A DNA stretch of 64,000 nt from Vicinamibacterales bacterium (GTDB taxonomy: Bacteria > Acidobacteriota > Vicinamibacteria > Vicinamibacterales > UBA2999), in the NCBI GenBank assembly GCA_050250955.1, contig JBFWNR010000003.1, forward strand, positions 430,250-494,249, read 5' to 3'. The notes beneath the pieces were generated by a model that made no database searches, had not been told where the DNA came from, and saw only the letters and a program-made list of their open reading frames with translations. Below, in pieces: positions 14,679 through 26,136 of this stretch. The stretch's first letter is position 1. Each line of letters starts with the position of its first letter. The position numbers and the translations under genes are program-made.

Positions 14679-17600
14679 ATGAGCGCACACGACCACCCGT
14701 CACCACCGGACGCCACCGGCATCGACCGGCGCGAGTTCTTCCGCCTGTCGAGCGTCGTGGCGGCGGCCGGCGCCCTGGCCGGCGCCGGCTGCCAGGTGCC
14801 GCCCGAACTCTCGGTGCCGTTCCACGACATGCCCGAGTCGCTCGTCGATGGCATGGGCCGGGCTCGCTACTTCCACACCGTCCTCGACGGGACGCCGGTG
14901 CGGGTCCGCACACGCGAAGGGCGGCCGATCCTGGTGACGCCTCCGGCCGACGATCCCGGCGGGCGCGGGCTGACCGTGCGGCATCACGCGGCGCTGATGG
15001 ATCTCTACGACCCGGATCGAGCGCGCGGACCGCTGTCGGTACGCCGCCAGCGAGAGACGGTGGTGCCGCTGACCTGGCACGCCGTGGGGGCCGACGTCGT
15101 CGGCCGTCTCCGCACGGCCGGCCGGCGCGCCGTGATCCTCACCGCCCCGGTCCACAGCCCGGCGCTTGCGGCGGTAATCGCCGGCCTCGGCCGCCAGACC
15201 GGGCTGCGTCACGTCCAATGGTCGCCGCTCACCGGCGATGCGGCGGCGATCGCCTCGGCCGAGGCCTTCGGGCACACCCGGCTGGCGCGGCCGCGCCTCG
15301 AGCAGGCCGACCTGGTGCTCGGACTGGGCGCCGAGTTCCTGGACGGCACCACCGACGGCCTGGATCGCGACTTCGCGGTTCGCCGGGCGCCCGAGGGCGC
15401 CGACGGCCGCGGGATGAGCCGCTTCGTGCAGGTGGAGAGCCGGCTGTCGCTCACCGGCGCCAACGCCGACAAGCGGGTGCGCGTCCGCGACTCCGAGCTC
15501 GCCACGCTCGGCGCCGCGCTGGCGCACGAGCTCGTCGTCGGGCGGCGACTCGGACCGCTGGCGGCCGACCCGGCCGTGAGCGGCGCGCTGGCGCCGTTTG
15601 CCATCGACACCGTGGCGGCCGGGATCGGCCTGACACCCGCGGCGCTGCGCACGCTGGCGGCCGAGCTGGCCGCCGCCAGCGGCCGGGCCGTGGTCGTGGC
15701 CGGCGGGTCGGCCAGTCGCGGGCCGAACGGCCCAGCCCTCGAGGTCGCGGCGCTGCTGCTGAACGTCACCCTCGGCGCCTTCGACGCCGGCCTGTTCGAC
15801 GTCACCGGCGACGCGGCGTCGACCGCCAGTGCGGCGCCGCTGGCAGCGCTGGTCGACGAGATGGCCGGTGGCGGCATCGACGTGCTCGTGGTGGCCGGCG
15901 CCAACCCGGTCTACGACGCGCCGGCCGGCGTGGCGATGGCCGAGGCGCTCGCGAAGGTCCCCTTCGTCGTCTCGCTGAACGATCGCCTCGACGAGACCGG
16001 CGAGCGGGCCGACGTCCTGGCTCCGACCAGTCACCCGTTCGAGAGCTGGGGCGACTGCGCGCTGCCGCGCGGCGTCTTCGCCGTGCAGCAACCGGTCGTG
16101 CAGCCGCTGCACGACACCCGCGGGCTGCTCGAGGTGCTGGTCGACTGGGCCGCCGCCGTCGGCGACCCGGACGCCCGCGCCGCCGTCGCCGCGGCGACCG
16201 CCCCGCAGGTGGCGCCGGCCGCGTCGACCGCCGAGCGGCTGCCCAGCACCAGCGTGGCCTGGCATTACTTGCGCGCCGCGTGGGCCGTCCGCCTCGCCGC
16301 CGACCCGGCCGATCCGCGCTTCGACACCACCTGGAACAGGACGTTGCGGACCGGCCGCTGGCAGGGGCCAGCACCCGAGGCGGCGCCGACCACGTTCCAA
16401 CCCACGGCATTGGCGCTGCTCGGCGCCAGCCCGGCGAGGGCTGAAGGCCTCGAGTTGCAGCTCTACCCGCACCTGGCCCTCGCCGACGGCCGCTCGGGCA
16501 ACAACGGCTGGCTGCACGAGCTGCCCGATCCGGTCACGCGTCTCACCTGGGGTGGTGCGCTCTCGATCGCGCCGCGACGGTTCGACGAGATGGGGCTGGC
16601 CAACGGCGACCTGGTGGAGGTCGCCGCCGGCGGCGCCACCCTCGTCGCTCCCGCCTATCGCCACGCCGGCCTGCACCACGACGTGGTGGCCCTGCCGCTC
16701 GGGCTGGGCCGGGCGGCGTGCGGGCCGATCGGCGACGGCGTCGGCGTCAACGCCTTCCCGCTCGTCGGCCTCGAGGCCGGGCGCCTGGTGGCCGCAGGCC
16801 TGCCGGTGACGCTGCGGGCGGTCGGCGGCCGCGAGACGCTGGCCCTCGCCCAGGGGTCCGACGTCATCGACCGCGCCGCCCGGCCGATCGTGCCGACCAC
16901 CACCCTGACCGCCTACCACGCCAACCCGGCCGCCGGCACCGAGCAGCCGGCCGGTGGACCGTCGGCGTGGGCGGCGCATCCCTACCCGAACACGCGCTGG
17001 GCAATGGCCATCGATCTCAGCAAGTGCATCGGCTGCGGCAAGTGCGTGGTCGGCTGCCAGGCCGAGAACAACATCCCGGTCGTCGGCCGCCACGGCGTCA
17101 TCGACGGCCGCGAGATGTCGTGGCTGCGCATCGATCGCTACTACGACGCGCCGGCGAAGGACGGCGGCTGGGACGCCGAGGTCTGGGACGGCCCGCTCGA
17201 GGTCGTCGAGGAGCCGCAGACGCTCTTCGAGCCCATGCTCTGCCAGCACTGCGAGAACGCGCCGTGCGAGACGGTCTGCCCGTTCGCCGCCACCATGCAC
17301 AGCGCCGACGGGCTCAACCAGCAGATCTACAACCGCTGCGTGGGGACGCGCTACTGCGCCAACAACTGCCCGTTCAAGGTGCGGCGCTTCAACTACTGGG
17401 AGCTCAGCAAGCGCCAGGACAGCAGCTTCTTCCGCTGGCTGGTGCCGCGGATCGCGAAGAACGCGGAACTCAACACCCGCGAGCCGATGCAGTTGAAGAA
17501 CAACCCGGAAGTCACCGTGCGCAGCCGCGGCGTGATGGAGAAGTGTTCGTTCTGCGTGCAGCGGATCAGCGCCGCGCGGGCCGAGGCCGGCCGCAACGGC

Positions 17601-17810
17601 GGCGCCAAGGACGCGCTGCCCGACGGCGCGGTGGTGACCGCGTGCATGGAAGCCTGTCCGACCCGGGCCATCACCTTCGGCAACGTGAACGACCCCACGG
17701 CGAAAGTGGCGGCACTCTCGACCCACCCGCGGGCGATGCGCCTGCTCGACGCGCTGGGCGTGAAGCCCGCGGTCTCCTACTTGACGAAGGTTCGCAATGA
17801 CAAGGCCTGA
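14679..17810 (+). CDS. actB: Alternative complex III ActB (molybdopterin-oxidoreductase-like domain plus Fe-S domain)
   Basis: Tat-like DRREFFRL and AGAGC; [17 protein letters not shown]; [55 protein letters not shown]. Confidence 0.92.
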   Translation: MSAHDHPSPPDATGIDRREFFRLSSVVAAAGALAGAGCQVPPELSVPFHDMPESLVDGMGRARYFHTVLDGTPVRVRTREGRPILVTPPADDPGGRGLTVRHHAALMDLYDPDRARGPLSVRRQRETVVPLTWHAVGADVVGRLRTAGRRAVILTAPVHSPALAAVIAGLGRQTGLRHVQWSPLTGDAAAIASAEAFGHTRLARPRLEQADLVLGLGAEFLDGTTDGLDRDFAVRRAPEGADGRGMSRFVQVESRLSLTGANADKRVRVRDSELATLGAALAHELVVGRRLGPLAADPAVSGALAPFAIDTVAAGIGLTPAALRTLAAELAAASGRAVVVAGGSASRGPNGPALEVAALLLNVTLGAFDAGLFDVTGDAASTASAAPLAALVDEMAGGGIDVLVVAGANPVYDAPAGVAMAEALAKVPFVVSLNDRLDETGERADVLAPTSHPFESWGDCALPRGVFAVQQPVVQPLHDTRGLLEVLVDWAAAVGDPDARAAVAAATAPQVAPAASTAERLPSTSVAWHYLRAAWAVRLAADPADPRFDTTWNRTLRTGRWQGPAPEAAPTTFQPTALALLGASPARAEGLELQLYPHLALADGRSGNNGWLHELPDPVTRLTWGGALSIAPRRFDEMGLANGDLVEVAAGGATLVAPAYRHAGLHHDVVALPLGLGRAACGPIGDGVGVNAFPLVGLEAGRLVAAGLPVTLRAVGGRETLALAQGSDVIDRAARPIVPTTTLTAYHANPAAGTEQPAGGPSAWAAHPYPNTRWAMAIDLSKCIGCGKCVVGCQAENNIPVVGRHGVIDGREMSWLRIDRYYDAPAKDGGWDAEVWDGPLEVVEEPQTLFEPMLCQHCENAPCETVCPFAATMHSADGLNQQIYNRCVGTRYCANNCPFKVRRFNYWELSKRQDSSFFRWLVPRIAKNAELNTREPMQLKNNPEVTVRSRGVMEKCSFCVQRISAARAEAGRNGGAKDALPDGAVVTACMEACPTRAITFGNVNDPTAKVAALSTHPRAMRLLDALGVKPAVSYLTKVRNDKA

Positions 17811-19290
17811 CCTGAGTCCCTACGCGACGGTGATGGACGACCGGCAGCTCACCGGCCGGCCGATCGTCGTGCCCGGCGCCGGCCCGTACGGCGGCGACCT
17901 CGAGGTGCCTGAACCGCTGGTCACGGGCGGCAAACGCTGGAGCGACGTCGATCGCGACATCGCCCTGCCGGCCGAGCAGTTCCCGACCCGCCGCTGGTGG
18001 CTGGCCTTCGGCGTGGCCCTCGCGTTCCTGAGCCTGCTGGTCTTCTCGCTCATCACCCTCTTCTACAGCGGCATGGGCATCCTCGGCGTCAACCAGCCGG
18101 TCGGCTGGGGGTCGTTCATCATCAACTTCGTCTTCTGGATCGGCATCGGCCACGCCGGCACGCTCATCTCGGCGGTGCTCTACCTGTTCCGCCAGCAGTG
18201 GCGCACCGGCATCAACCGCGCCGCCGAGGCGATGACGCTGTTCGCGGTGGCGTGTGCCGGCATCTTCCCGGTGATCCACCTCGGCCGGCCGTGGTTCGCC
18301 TACTGGCTGGTGCCGTATCCGAACGCCCGCGGCCCGCTGTGGATCAACTTCAACTCGGCGCTGGCCTGGGACATCTTCGCCATCTCCACCTACGGACTGG
18401 TGTCGCTGGCCTTCTGGTACATGGGTCTGCTGCCCGACCTGGCGACCATCCGCGACCGGGCGACGCACCCGTGGCGGCGGCGCCTCTACGACGTCCTGAG
18501 CTTCCGCTGGAACGGCTCGGCCCGCGCCTGGCGGCACTACGAGTCGGCCTACATGGTGCTGGCGGCGCTGGCCACGCCGTTGGTCTTCTCGGTCCACACC
18601 ATCGTGTCGTTCGACTTCGCCACCTCGGTGATGCCGGGGTGGCACACGACGATCTTCCCGCCCTACTTCGTCATCGGCGCGATCTTTTCCGGCTTCGCCA
18701 TGGTCATCACGCTGATGACCTTCATGCGCGGCTACTTCGGCATGACCCACTACATCACCCTGAACCACATGGAGAACATGGCGAAGATCCTCATGCTCAC
18801 CGGCATGCTGGTCGGCTTCGCCTACTCGACCGAGTTCTTCATGGCCTGGTACTCGGGCAGCGAGTGGGAAGGCTTCGTGTTCCGCAACCGCGCCTTCGGC
18901 CCCTACTGGTGGGCCTACACGATCATGTTCACCTGCAACGCCATCGTGCCGCAGGTGTTCTGGTTCAAGGCGCTGCGCCGCCACACGCTGGTGCTCTTCG
19001 TGGTGTCGATTCTGGTCAACGTCGGCATGTGGTTCGAACGCTACGTGATCGTCGTCACCTCGCTGCATCGCGACTTCCTGCCGTCGTCGTGGGGCGTCTA
19101 CGCGCTGACCTTCTGGGACTACGCGATCCTCGCCGGCAGCTTCGGCCTGTTCTTCACGCTGTTCCTGTTGTTCGTGCGGGTGCTGCCGGTGGTGGCCATC
19201 TCCGAGGTCAAGGGCGTGATGGACCCGGCCGTGGCGCACGGCGGGCCGCGGCCGGCGACGCTGCCGGCGGCGGTGCCGCAGGAGGGATGA
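17797..19290 (+). CDS. actC: Alternative complex III quinol-binding subunit ActC (NrfD family)
   Basis: [55 protein letters not shown]. Confidence 0.95.
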   Translation: MTRPDLSPYATVMDDRQLTGRPIVVPGAGPYGGDLEVPEPLVTGGKRWSDVDRDIALPAEQFPTRRWWLAFGVALAFLSLLVFSLITLFYSGMGILGVNQPVGWGSFIINFVFWIGIGHAGTLISAVLYLFRQQWRTGINRAAEAMTLFAVACAGIFPVIHLGRPWFAYWLVPYPNARGPLWINFNSALAWDIFAISTYGLVSLAFWYMGLLPDLATIRDRATHPWRRRLYDVLSFRWNGSARAWRHYESAYMVLAALATPLVFSVHTIVSFDFATSVMPGWHTTIFPPYFVIGAIFSGFAMVITLMTFMRGYFGMTHYITLNHMENMAKILMLTGMLVGFAYSTEFFMAWYSGSEWEGFVFRNRAFGPYWWAYTIMFTCNAIVPQVFWFKALRRHTLVLFVVSILVNVGMWFERYVIVVTSLHRDFLPSSWGVYALTFWDYAILAGSFGLFFTLFLLFVRVLPVVAISEVKGVMDPAVAHGGPRPATLPAAVPQEG

Positions 19291-19294
19291 GGAC

Positions 19295-19843
19295 ATGACG
19301 CCGATCTCGACGTCCGGCGTACTCGGGGACTTCCACCTCCCCGACGACGCCGTCGCCGCCGCGGCAAAGACACGTGCCGCCGGCTGGACCCATTTCGACG
19401 TGCTGACGCCGTTCCCGGTTCACGGCATGGACGAAGCGATGGGACAGCGGCGGTCGTGGGTGCCGTGGGCCACCGGCGCGCTGGCACTCGGCGGCATCCT
19501 GTTCGCGCAGGGCCTGCAGAACTACGCGATGGTCTGGGACTGGCCGATGAACTTCGGCGGCAAGCCCTTCGCGGCCTGGCCCGCGTTCGTGCCCATCACG
19601 TTCGAGGCGATGGTGTTCTGGGCGGCGCTGGGCAGCGCGGCGGTGGCGATCGTCGCCGGCAAGAAGGACACCGTGCCGCAGCCGCCGCCGGGCCTGGTGA
19701 CCGGTGCGACCGCCGACCGCTTCGTGCTGTGGATCGCGGCTACCGACCCGAAGTGGCAGGCCGACGAGGCGACGCGGTTCGTCGCCGCGCTCGGCGCCGA
19801 CCGGGTGCGCGTCGTGACTCCCGATGGAGGACGTGATGCGTAG
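19295..19843 (+). CDS. actD: Alternative complex III ActD (DUF3341)
   Basis: TPFPVHGMDEAM, DWPMNFGGKP, AFVPITFE. Confidence 0.92.
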   Translation: MTPISTSGVLGDFHLPDDAVAAAAKTRAAGWTHFDVLTPFPVHGMDEAMGQRRSWVPWATGALALGGILFAQGLQNYAMVWDWPMNFGGKPFAAWPAFVPITFEAMVFWAALGSAAVAIVAGKKDTVPQPPPGLVTGATADRFVLWIAATDPKWQADEATRFVAALGADRVRVVTPDGGRDA

Positions 19844-20483
19844 CCGGCCCGCTCACACCCGCAGCGGCCTCGCCGCAGCCGCGGTCGCGCTGCTGCTGGC
19901 CGGCTGCGACCTCGGTCTGCCCGCGGGCCGGGCCCCGCATCGCGAGGGCAACCGGCTCGACATGATCGACCAGCCGAAGCTCAAGCCGCAGCGCGCCGAC
20001 CTGTACGGCGGGCGTCCGACCGGAGGACTCGAACCGCCGGCCGGAGCCGTCGCCGACGACGAGACGCCGTATCCCTTCGCTCAGTCACAGGGCGCCGAGG
20101 CCGGGGCGTCGCTGGTGAACCCGCTCCCCGACACCCCCGCGGTCGTCGCCCACGGCAGGTTCGTGTTCGACAACGTTTGCATCACGTGCCATGGCCCACG
20201 CGCGGCCGGCGACGGGCATCTCACACTGCTGTTTCCCAAACCGCCGAGCCTGATGACCCAGAAGGTGCGCGACTGGCCCGACGGCGAGATCTTCCACCGG
20301 CCGATGCGCGGGCAGGGCTCGATGCCGAGCCACGCGCGCCAGATCGACGCCCGCGACGCCTGGGCGGTCGTGCGCTACATCCGGCAGCTGCAGGCGGAGG
20401 AACCGGTCGCGCCGCCGCCGCCCACAGCGGCGGTGTCGGCCGACCCGACCGCCGCGCACGCCGGGTCCGGAGAACGCCCATGA
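19836..20483 (+). CDS. actE: Alternative complex III monoheme lipoprotein cytochrome ActE
   Basis: SD GGAGG; lipobox LLLAGC; DMIDQPKLKP; CITCHG; DGEIFH...MPSHA. Confidence 0.88.
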   Translation: MRSRPAHTRSGLAAAAVALLLAGCDLGLPAGRAPHREGNRLDMIDQPKLKPQRADLYGGRPTGGLEPPAGAVADDETPYPFAQSQGAEAGASLVNPLPDTPAVVAHGRFVFDNVCITCHGPRAAGDGHLTLLFPKPPSLMTQKVRDWPDGEIFHRPMRGQGSMPSHARQIDARDAWAVVRYIRQLQAEEPVAPPPPTAAVSADPTAAHAGSGERP

Positions 20484-21694
20484 ACCATGCCCATCCCGTC
20501 GCCGTTCCCGATCCGCCGGCGCGCCTGCGGCTCCCGGCTCCGGTGCGCACCGGCGCCGGCGCGATGGCGCTCGTCGGGACGCTCGCTCTCGCCTGGGCCT
20601 TTGCGCAGGGCGAAACCGAGCTGGCCTGGAGCAGCTATCTCATCGGCGCGTTCTTCGCACTCGGCCTCGGCGTCTTCGGGCTGGCGTGGCTGGCCATCCT
20701 CCACCTGGCGGGCGGCGCCTGGTCGGTCACGATGCGCCGGGTGCCCGAAGCGATGACGGCGTGGATCGTCCCGGGCGGCGTGCTCGCGCTCGCCGTCGCG
20801 CTGGGGGCGCACTCGCTGTATCACTGGAGCGACGCCGCGGCGGTGGCCGGGGACGAGTTGCTGACCCACAAGGCGCCGTTCCTCAACCTGCCGATGTTCC
20901 TCGGGCTGGGCGGCGCGAGCCTGCTGCTCTGGGCGGCCTTCACGGCGATCATCGTCGGCGCGTCGCGCCGCCAGGACCGCGACGGCGGCATGCAGGCCAC
21001 CCGCACCGGCCGGGCGATGTCGGCGCTGTTCCTGGTCGTCTTCGCCGTGACACTGAGCATCGTCAGCTTCTACTTCCTGCTCTCGCTCGACGCCCACTGG
21101 TTCTCGACCATGTTCGCGGTGCTGGTCTTCACCGACGTCATGCAGGCCGGCACGGCGTTCGTCGCCGTGATGGTCGGCCTGCTGGTGGCCGCCGGTGCCC
21201 TCACGGGCTTCGTCAACGAGCACCACCTGCACAGCCTCGGCAAGATGCTGTTCGCGTGGACCGGGTTCTGGGCCTACATCTACTTCTGCCAGTTCATGCT
21301 GATCTGGTACGCCAACATCCCCGAGGAGACCATCTACTTCCTGCGCCGCGCCGACAACGGCTGGCTGCCGTACCTGCTGGTGCTGCCGTTCCTCAAGTTC
21401 GTGGCGCCGTTCCTGCTGTTGATGCCACGCGACGCCAAGCGGCGACCTCGGCGGCTGGTGCCGGTGGCACTGCTGGTGCTGTTCGCGCAGTTCTGGGAGC
21501 TCTACCTGATGGTCGCGCCCGCCGTCGGCCACGGCGAGGCGGCGGCCCACGGGCATCTGCCGGTCGTCGAGCTGGCCGGCACCCTCGGGTTCGTCGGCGT
21601 GTTCGTCCTGGTCTTCGGCGCGGCGCTGGCCCGTCACGACGCGGTGCCGCTGAAGGATCCCGCGCTCGCGGAGTGCCTGCAGTACCAGTCGTGA
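20480..21694 (+). CDS. actF: Alternative complex III ActF
   Basis: WSVTMRRVPEAM, SLDAHWFSTMF, HLHSLGK, FCQFMLIWYANIPEET. Confidence 0.92.
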   Translation: MNHAHPVAVPDPPARLRLPAPVRTGAGAMALVGTLALAWAFAQGETELAWSSYLIGAFFALGLGVFGLAWLAILHLAGGAWSVTMRRVPEAMTAWIVPGGVLALAVALGAHSLYHWSDAAAVAGDELLTHKAPFLNLPMFLGLGGASLLLWAAFTAIIVGASRRQDRDGGMQATRTGRAMSALFLVVFAVTLSIVSFYFLLSLDAHWFSTMFAVLVFTDVMQAGTAFVAVMVGLLVAAGALTGFVNEHHLHSLGKMLFAWTGFWAYIYFCQFMLIWYANIPEETIYFLRRADNGWLPYLLVLPFLKFVAPFLLLMPRDAKRRPRRLVPVALLVLFAQFWELYLMVAPAVGHGEAAAHGHLPVVELAGTLGFVGVFVLVFGAALARHDAVPLKDPALAECLQYQS

Positions 21695-22377
21695 GCCCGC
21701 ACGCCGTCCACGCCCTGCCGTCGCCATTCGACCTGGCGGCCTTCGTCACACTGGGGCTGCTGGGCAGCGCCGCGCACTGCGCCGGCATGTGCGCGCCGTT
21801 CGTCCTGCTGGTGGCGCGACGGTTCGCGGCACCGGCGGGACGCCATCAGCCCGTCGCGGCCCAGCTGTGGTATTCGGCGGGCCGGGTGACCACCTACGCT
21901 GCCCTGGGCGCGGCAGCCGCGCTCTTCGGCAGCGCGCTGCAGCGCGCGGCGGCGCTCATCGGGCTCCAGCGTGGTGCCGCGCTGGTGGCCGGTGGCCTGC
22001 TCGTCGTGTCGGCTGCCGGCAGCCTGCTCGCGGCGGCGCCGTGGGCGTCGTCGTCGCGAGGGCTGAGCCGTCTCACCACGCGCCTCGGTGCCCGCATGCC
22101 CGGCCACCCGCTGGCGGTCGGCCTGGTGCTGGGCCTGTTGCCGTGTGGGCTGCTCTATACCGCGGTGGTCGCGGCGATGGCGCGCGGCGGCGCGCTCGAC
22201 GGCGCGGTGGCGCTGGCGGCCTTCGGCGCCGGCACCACGCCCGCCTTGCTCGGCGTCGCCATGCTCGACCGCGTGGTGCTCGCTCGGCGCGTCGCGTTGA
22301 CCCGCCTGTCGCACGGGTTCGTGCTGGCCATGGGCCTCTGGTACCTCGGGCGGGCCGCGGGACTGCTCGGGAGCTAG
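21691..22377 (+). CDS. DsbD_2/UreH-like (TauE/SafE clan) membrane protein of the type found in cbb3 assembly clusters
   Basis: GLLGSAAHCAGMCAP, YSAGRVTTY, GLLPCGLLY, FGAGT; GTGA overlap with actF. Confidence 0.85.
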   Translation: MSPHAVHALPSPFDLAAFVTLGLLGSAAHCAGMCAPFVLLVARRFAAPAGRHQPVAAQLWYSAGRVTTYAALGAAAALFGSALQRAAALIGLQRGAALVAGGLLVVSAAGSLLAAAPWASSSRGLSRLTTRLGARMPGHPLAVGLVLGLLPCGLLYTAVVAAMARGGALDGAVALAAFGAGTTPALLGVAMLDRVVLARRVALTRLSHGFVLAMGLWYLGRAAGLLGS

Positions 22378-22512
22378 GTCGCTGACGAGCGCCCGATGAG
22401 GGCACGACGGTCGACTTCACGCTGTTGCAGTGTGTCGCTCCAGCTCGGCCTTACGCGCTATAGTGCCAGTCGGGTCGCGTCCGATCGGTCCCGGTTCGTG
22501 GAGGAAGGCGTC

Positions 22513-23910
22513 ATGCGCAAAACACTGGTCGTGGCCGTCGTGGCAGCTGCAGCGTTCTCGGCCGTGGCGAGGGGTGGAGCACAGGCACCGGCGGCCGGCC
22601 AGCCACCGCAGCAGGTGCTGCCGCCGGAGGCGCGCTACTGGATGGGCGCAACGACGGGTGGCGGGCTGCTCGCCATGTCGGGGTTCGTCGCCGGCGGCCG
22701 GCCGTCGATGGCCGCGATGATGAAGATGGCCGCGGGCGGCGTTCCGACCGAAGGGCACCTCGTGTCGCTCAAGCTCGGCAGCACCCTGGCACCGCAGGGC
22801 GACCCGGAGGCGTTTCACACCATGCCGCCCGGAGCGCAGGTCAACAAGCCCATCTACCTCGAGACGCCGGAACCGGGGAAGAGCCAGCCCGGCGCACCGA
22901 CCGGTTACCAGACACCCAAAGGGCAGATCTCGTTCTACTGGGGCTGCGGCGAGAAGGCCGGCCCCGGGCAGCCGGTCGTGCTCACGTTCGACAAGCTGAT
23001 GCGCGGTGAGAACGACCCCGAGCTGCAGGCGCTCGAGGGCGCCGTCTCGGCGCGCGGCGTGCGCACGCCCTCACCCGGCAACTCCAAGACCTACGGCGAC
23101 TGGCCGCACCCCGACCGCAAGGGGAAGAACCGCGACCTCGAAGCCCTCTTCCGGTCGCCGGCCACGCTGGCCGGCCTCCACGTCGTCGAGGGCACCTACA
23201 CGCCGAAGATCGAGTTCACGCTGCCGGCCGACAAGACGTTCATGGAGCCGGTCCGTTACACCTCGACCGCCGTCCAGGCGTCCGGCGCCATCGCGCTCAG
23301 CTGGGGCGCCACGGCCCGCGCCACCGGCTACTCGATCGGCGTGATGGCGCCCGAGAAGGTTGGCGACGACAGCGCCAACATCGTGATGTGGTCATCGGCC
23401 GATCGGCCGGCGACGTTCGTGGTGATGCAGGATCTGACCCCGGCCGAGGTCAACCGGTTGATCGGCCTGAAGGCCGTGCTGCCGCCGTCCACGACCGACT
23501 GCGCGGTGCCGGCGGAAGTCGTCAAGGCCACCAGGGACGGCTCGATGCTGATGTTCACCGCCTTCGGCGACGAGGCCACGTTCATCCACCCGCCGCGGCC
23601 CGCCGACCCGAAGATCGCCTGGGACCAGGAGTGGTTCTCGCGCGTCAACTTCAAGTCGGTGCGCATGGACATGGTGTCGCCGCAGGGGGTGACCGACATG
23701 TCGGCGATGATGTCGGGCGGGACCGGCGGCGGCGATGCCCCGGGCGCGCTGTCCGACGAGGAGTACTGCCGGCAGATCGACGCGCAGGCGGCGGCCAAGC
23801 CGTCGGTGGCCGACGCGATTCCGGGCGGCCGCCTGCTCGGGCGGCTGCGCAAGAAGCCGGAGCCGCCGTCGGCCAGCGATCCGCGCTGCGCGAACCTGAA
23901 GAAGAAGTGA
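22513..23910 (+). CDS. Hypothetical secreted protein
   Basis: SD GAGGAAGG; Sec-type signal MRKTLVVAVVAAAAFSAVA; typical codon bias; TATAGT -10 candidate at 22459. Confidence 0.8.
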   Translation: MRKTLVVAVVAAAAFSAVARGGAQAPAAGQPPQQVLPPEARYWMGATTGGGLLAMSGFVAGGRPSMAAMMKMAAGGVPTEGHLVSLKLGSTLAPQGDPEAFHTMPPGAQVNKPIYLETPEPGKSQPGAPTGYQTPKGQISFYWGCGEKAGPGQPVVLTFDKLMRGENDPELQALEGAVSARGVRTPSPGNSKTYGDWPHPDRKGKNRDLEALFRSPATLAGLHVVEGTYTPKIEFTLPADKTFMEPVRYTSTAVQASGAIALSWGATARATGYSIGVMAPEKVGDDSANIVMWSSADRPATFVVMQDLTPAEVNRLIGLKAVLPPSTTDCAVPAEVVKATRDGSMLMFTAFGDEATFIHPPRPADPKIAWDQEWFSRVNFKSVRMDMVSPQGVTDMSAMMSGGTGGGDAPGALSDEEYCRQIDAQAAAKPSVADAIPGGRLLGRLRKKPEPPSASDPRCANLKKK

Positions 23911-23935
23911 CCGGCGGCGGAGCTGAGGCTCCGCC

Positions 23936-25219
23936 CTACCTGGTGATGGCCTCGCGGCCGCCCATGAACGGCCGCAACGCCGCCGGGATCACCACCGATC
24001 CGTCCCTTTGCTGGTAGTTTTCGAGAATGGCGATGAGCGTCCGGCCGACGGCCAGGCCGGACCCGTTCAGCGTGTGCACGAACTCGGCCTTGCCGGTGCC
24101 GTCGGGTCGGAACTTGATGTTGGCGCGGCGGGCCTGGAAGGCCTCGCAGTTCGAGCACGAGGAGATTTCCCGGTAGGTCTTCTGGCTCGGCAGCCAGACC
24201 TCGATGTCGTAGGTCTTGGCGGCCGAGAAGCCCATGTCGCCGGTGCACAGGCACACCGTGCGGTAGGGCAGTTCGAGACGCTTCAGCACCTCTTCGGCGT
24301 TGGCGGTGAGCGCCTCGAGTTCGTCGTAGCTCTGCTCGGGCGTCGTGAACTTGACCAGCTCCACCTTGTCGAACTGGTGCTGGCGAATCAGGCCGCGCAC
24401 GTCGGCGCCGTAGGATCCGGCCTCGCTGCGGAAGCACGGCGTGTAGGACGCGTAGCGCAGCGGCAGCAGCCGGCCGTCGAGGATCTCGCCGCGATAGAGA
24501 TTGGTGACCGGCACCTCGGCGGTGGGGATGAGGAACAGGTCCCAGTCGCCGCCGATCTTGAACAGGTCCTGCTCGAACTTCGGCAGCTGGCCGGTGCCGA
24601 AGAGCGTCGCGCTGTTGACCAGGAACGGCGGTTCGATCTCGGTGTAGCCGTGCTCGCCGCCGTGCAGCGAGAGCATGAAGTTGATCAGCGCCCGTTCGAG
24701 CTGGGCGCCGGCACCGAGCAGCACCGCGAAGCGGGCCCGGGCAATCTTGGTGGCGCGTTCGAAATCGATGATGCCCAGCTGCGGCCCGAGGTCCCAATGC
24801 GCCAGCGGCTCGAAGTCGAACGCTCGCGGCGTGCCCCAGCTGCGGACCACGACGTTGTCGGCGGCGCTCTTGCCGACCGGCACCGAGGCGTGGGGCAGGT
24901 TCGGCAGTCCGGTCATCAGCCGTGAGCGCTGGTTCTCGACCCCGTCCAGCTCCACTTCGAGCTGCTTGATCTTCTGGCCGCGCGCCTTGTTGGCCTCGAC
25001 GATCGGCCGGGCATCCTGCCCCTGCCGCTTGGCCCGGGCGACTTCGTCGGCGGCGGTGTTCTGCTCGCGCTTGAGCCCCTCGATCTGCGGGATCAGGCGA
25101 CGGCGGTGTGATTCGAACCCGGCCAGCTGTTCGAGTTCGGCCGAGACGTCGAGACCGCGGCTGGCGTACCCTGCACGCACCGTCTCCAGGTTGTCGCGAA
25201 TGTAGGCGGGGTCCAGCAT
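23936..25219 (-). CDS. serS: Serine--tRNA ligase
   Basis: [48 protein letters not shown]. Confidence 0.98.
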   Translation of the reverse strand: MLDPAYIRDNLETVRAGYASRGLDVSAELEQLAGFESHRRRLIPQIEGLKREQNTAADEVARAKRQGQDARPIVEANKARGQKIKQLEVELDGVENQRSRLMTGLPNLPHASVPVGKSAADNVVVRSWGTPRAFDFEPLAHWDLGPQLGIIDFERATKIARARFAVLLGAGAQLERALINFMLSLHGGEHGYTEIEPPFLVNSATLFGTGQLPKFEQDLFKIGGDWDLFLIPTAEVPVTNLYRGEILDGRLLPLRYASYTPCFRSEAGSYGADVRGLIRQHQFDKVELVKFTTPEQSYDELEALTANAEEVLKRLELPYRTVCLCTGDMGFSAAKTYDIEVWLPSQKTYREISSCSNCEAFQARRANIKFRPDGTGKAEFVHTLNGSGLAVGRTLIAILENYQQRDGSVVIPAALRPFMGGREAITR

Positions 25220-25251
25220 GGGTCGGGGCTCAGCTGTGCAATCCTAATACG

Positions 25252-26136
25252 ATGTCTTCGTCGATTCGTAAGGCCGTGTTCCCCGCCGCCGGTCTCGGCA
25301 CCCGTTTCCTGCCCGCCACCAAGGCGATGCCCAAGGAGATGCTGACGCTGATCGATCGGCCGATCATCCAGTACGGCGTCGAGGAGGCGGTCGCCTCCGG
25401 CATCACCGACATCGTGCTGGTGACCGGGCGCGGCAAGAGCGCGATCGAGGACCACTTCGACGTCTCGAGCGAACTCGAGGCGTTCCTGGCCGCCAAGGGC
25501 AAGGTGGAGCTGCTCGAGGCCGTCAGGAAGGTATCGGGCCTCATCAACCTGGCCTACGTTCGCCAGGGCGAGCCGCTGGGGCTGGGCCACGCCGTCCTGG
25601 TGGCCCGCAGCCTGGTCGGCGACGAGCCGTTCGCGGTGGTGCTGGGTGACGACATCTTCGACGCGACGCCGCCGGCGCTGCAGCAGATGATGACGGTGTT
25701 CGACCGCGTCCACAGCCCGGTGATCGCGGTGGAGCGGGTGCCGGAATCCGAGGTGTCGAGCTACGGCATCCTGGCGGCGGAGGCGGCGCCCGAGGTCGGC
25801 CCGGGCGTGCACCGGATCCTCGACATGGTCGAGAAGCCACCCCGCGAGCAGGCGCCGTCGAACCTGGCGATCATCGGCCGCTATCTGCTGACGCCCGACA
25901 TCTTCCCCGCGCTCGACGCCACCCGGTCGGACAGCTCGGGTGAGATCCAGCTGACCAACGGGCTGAAGCGGCTGCTGGCGTCGCGGCCGATCTACGCCCT
26001 GGAGGTCGACGGGGTCCGCCACGACGCGGGCAACAAGGTGGGGTTCCTGAAGGCGATGGTGTACTTCGCGCTGCGGCGGCCCGACCTGGCCGAGCCGTTC
26101 CGGCGCTACCTGGCCGACCAGGGCTTCACTTCGTAG
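25252..26136 (+). CDS. galU: UTP--glucose-1-phosphate uridylyltransferase
   Basis: KAVFPAAGLGTRFLPATKAMPKEML, RQGEPLGLGHAV, GEIQLT. Confidence 0.96.
   Translation: MSSSIRKAVFPAAGLGTRFLPATKAMPKEMLTLIDRPIIQYGVEEAVASGITDIVLVTGRGKSAIEDHFDVSSELEAFLAAKGKVELLEAVRKVSGLINLAYVRQGEPLGLGHAVLVARSLVGDEPFAVVLGDDIFDATPPALQQMMTVFDRVHSPVIAVERVPESEVSSYGILAAEAAPEVGPGVHRILDMVEKPPREQAPSNLAIIGRYLLTPDIFPALDATRSDSSGEIQLTNGLKRLLASRPIYALEVDGVRHDAGNKVGFLKAMVYFALRRPDLAEPFRRYLADQGFTS

Noticed and set aside
2469-17726. Very long alternative-frame and antisense ORFs (e.g. 2469..5465 -, 5977..8244 -, 6360..8747 +, 14700..17726 -)
   Set aside because: Shadows of real genes in high-GC DNA; Arg/Pro/Gly-rich translations with no motifs.
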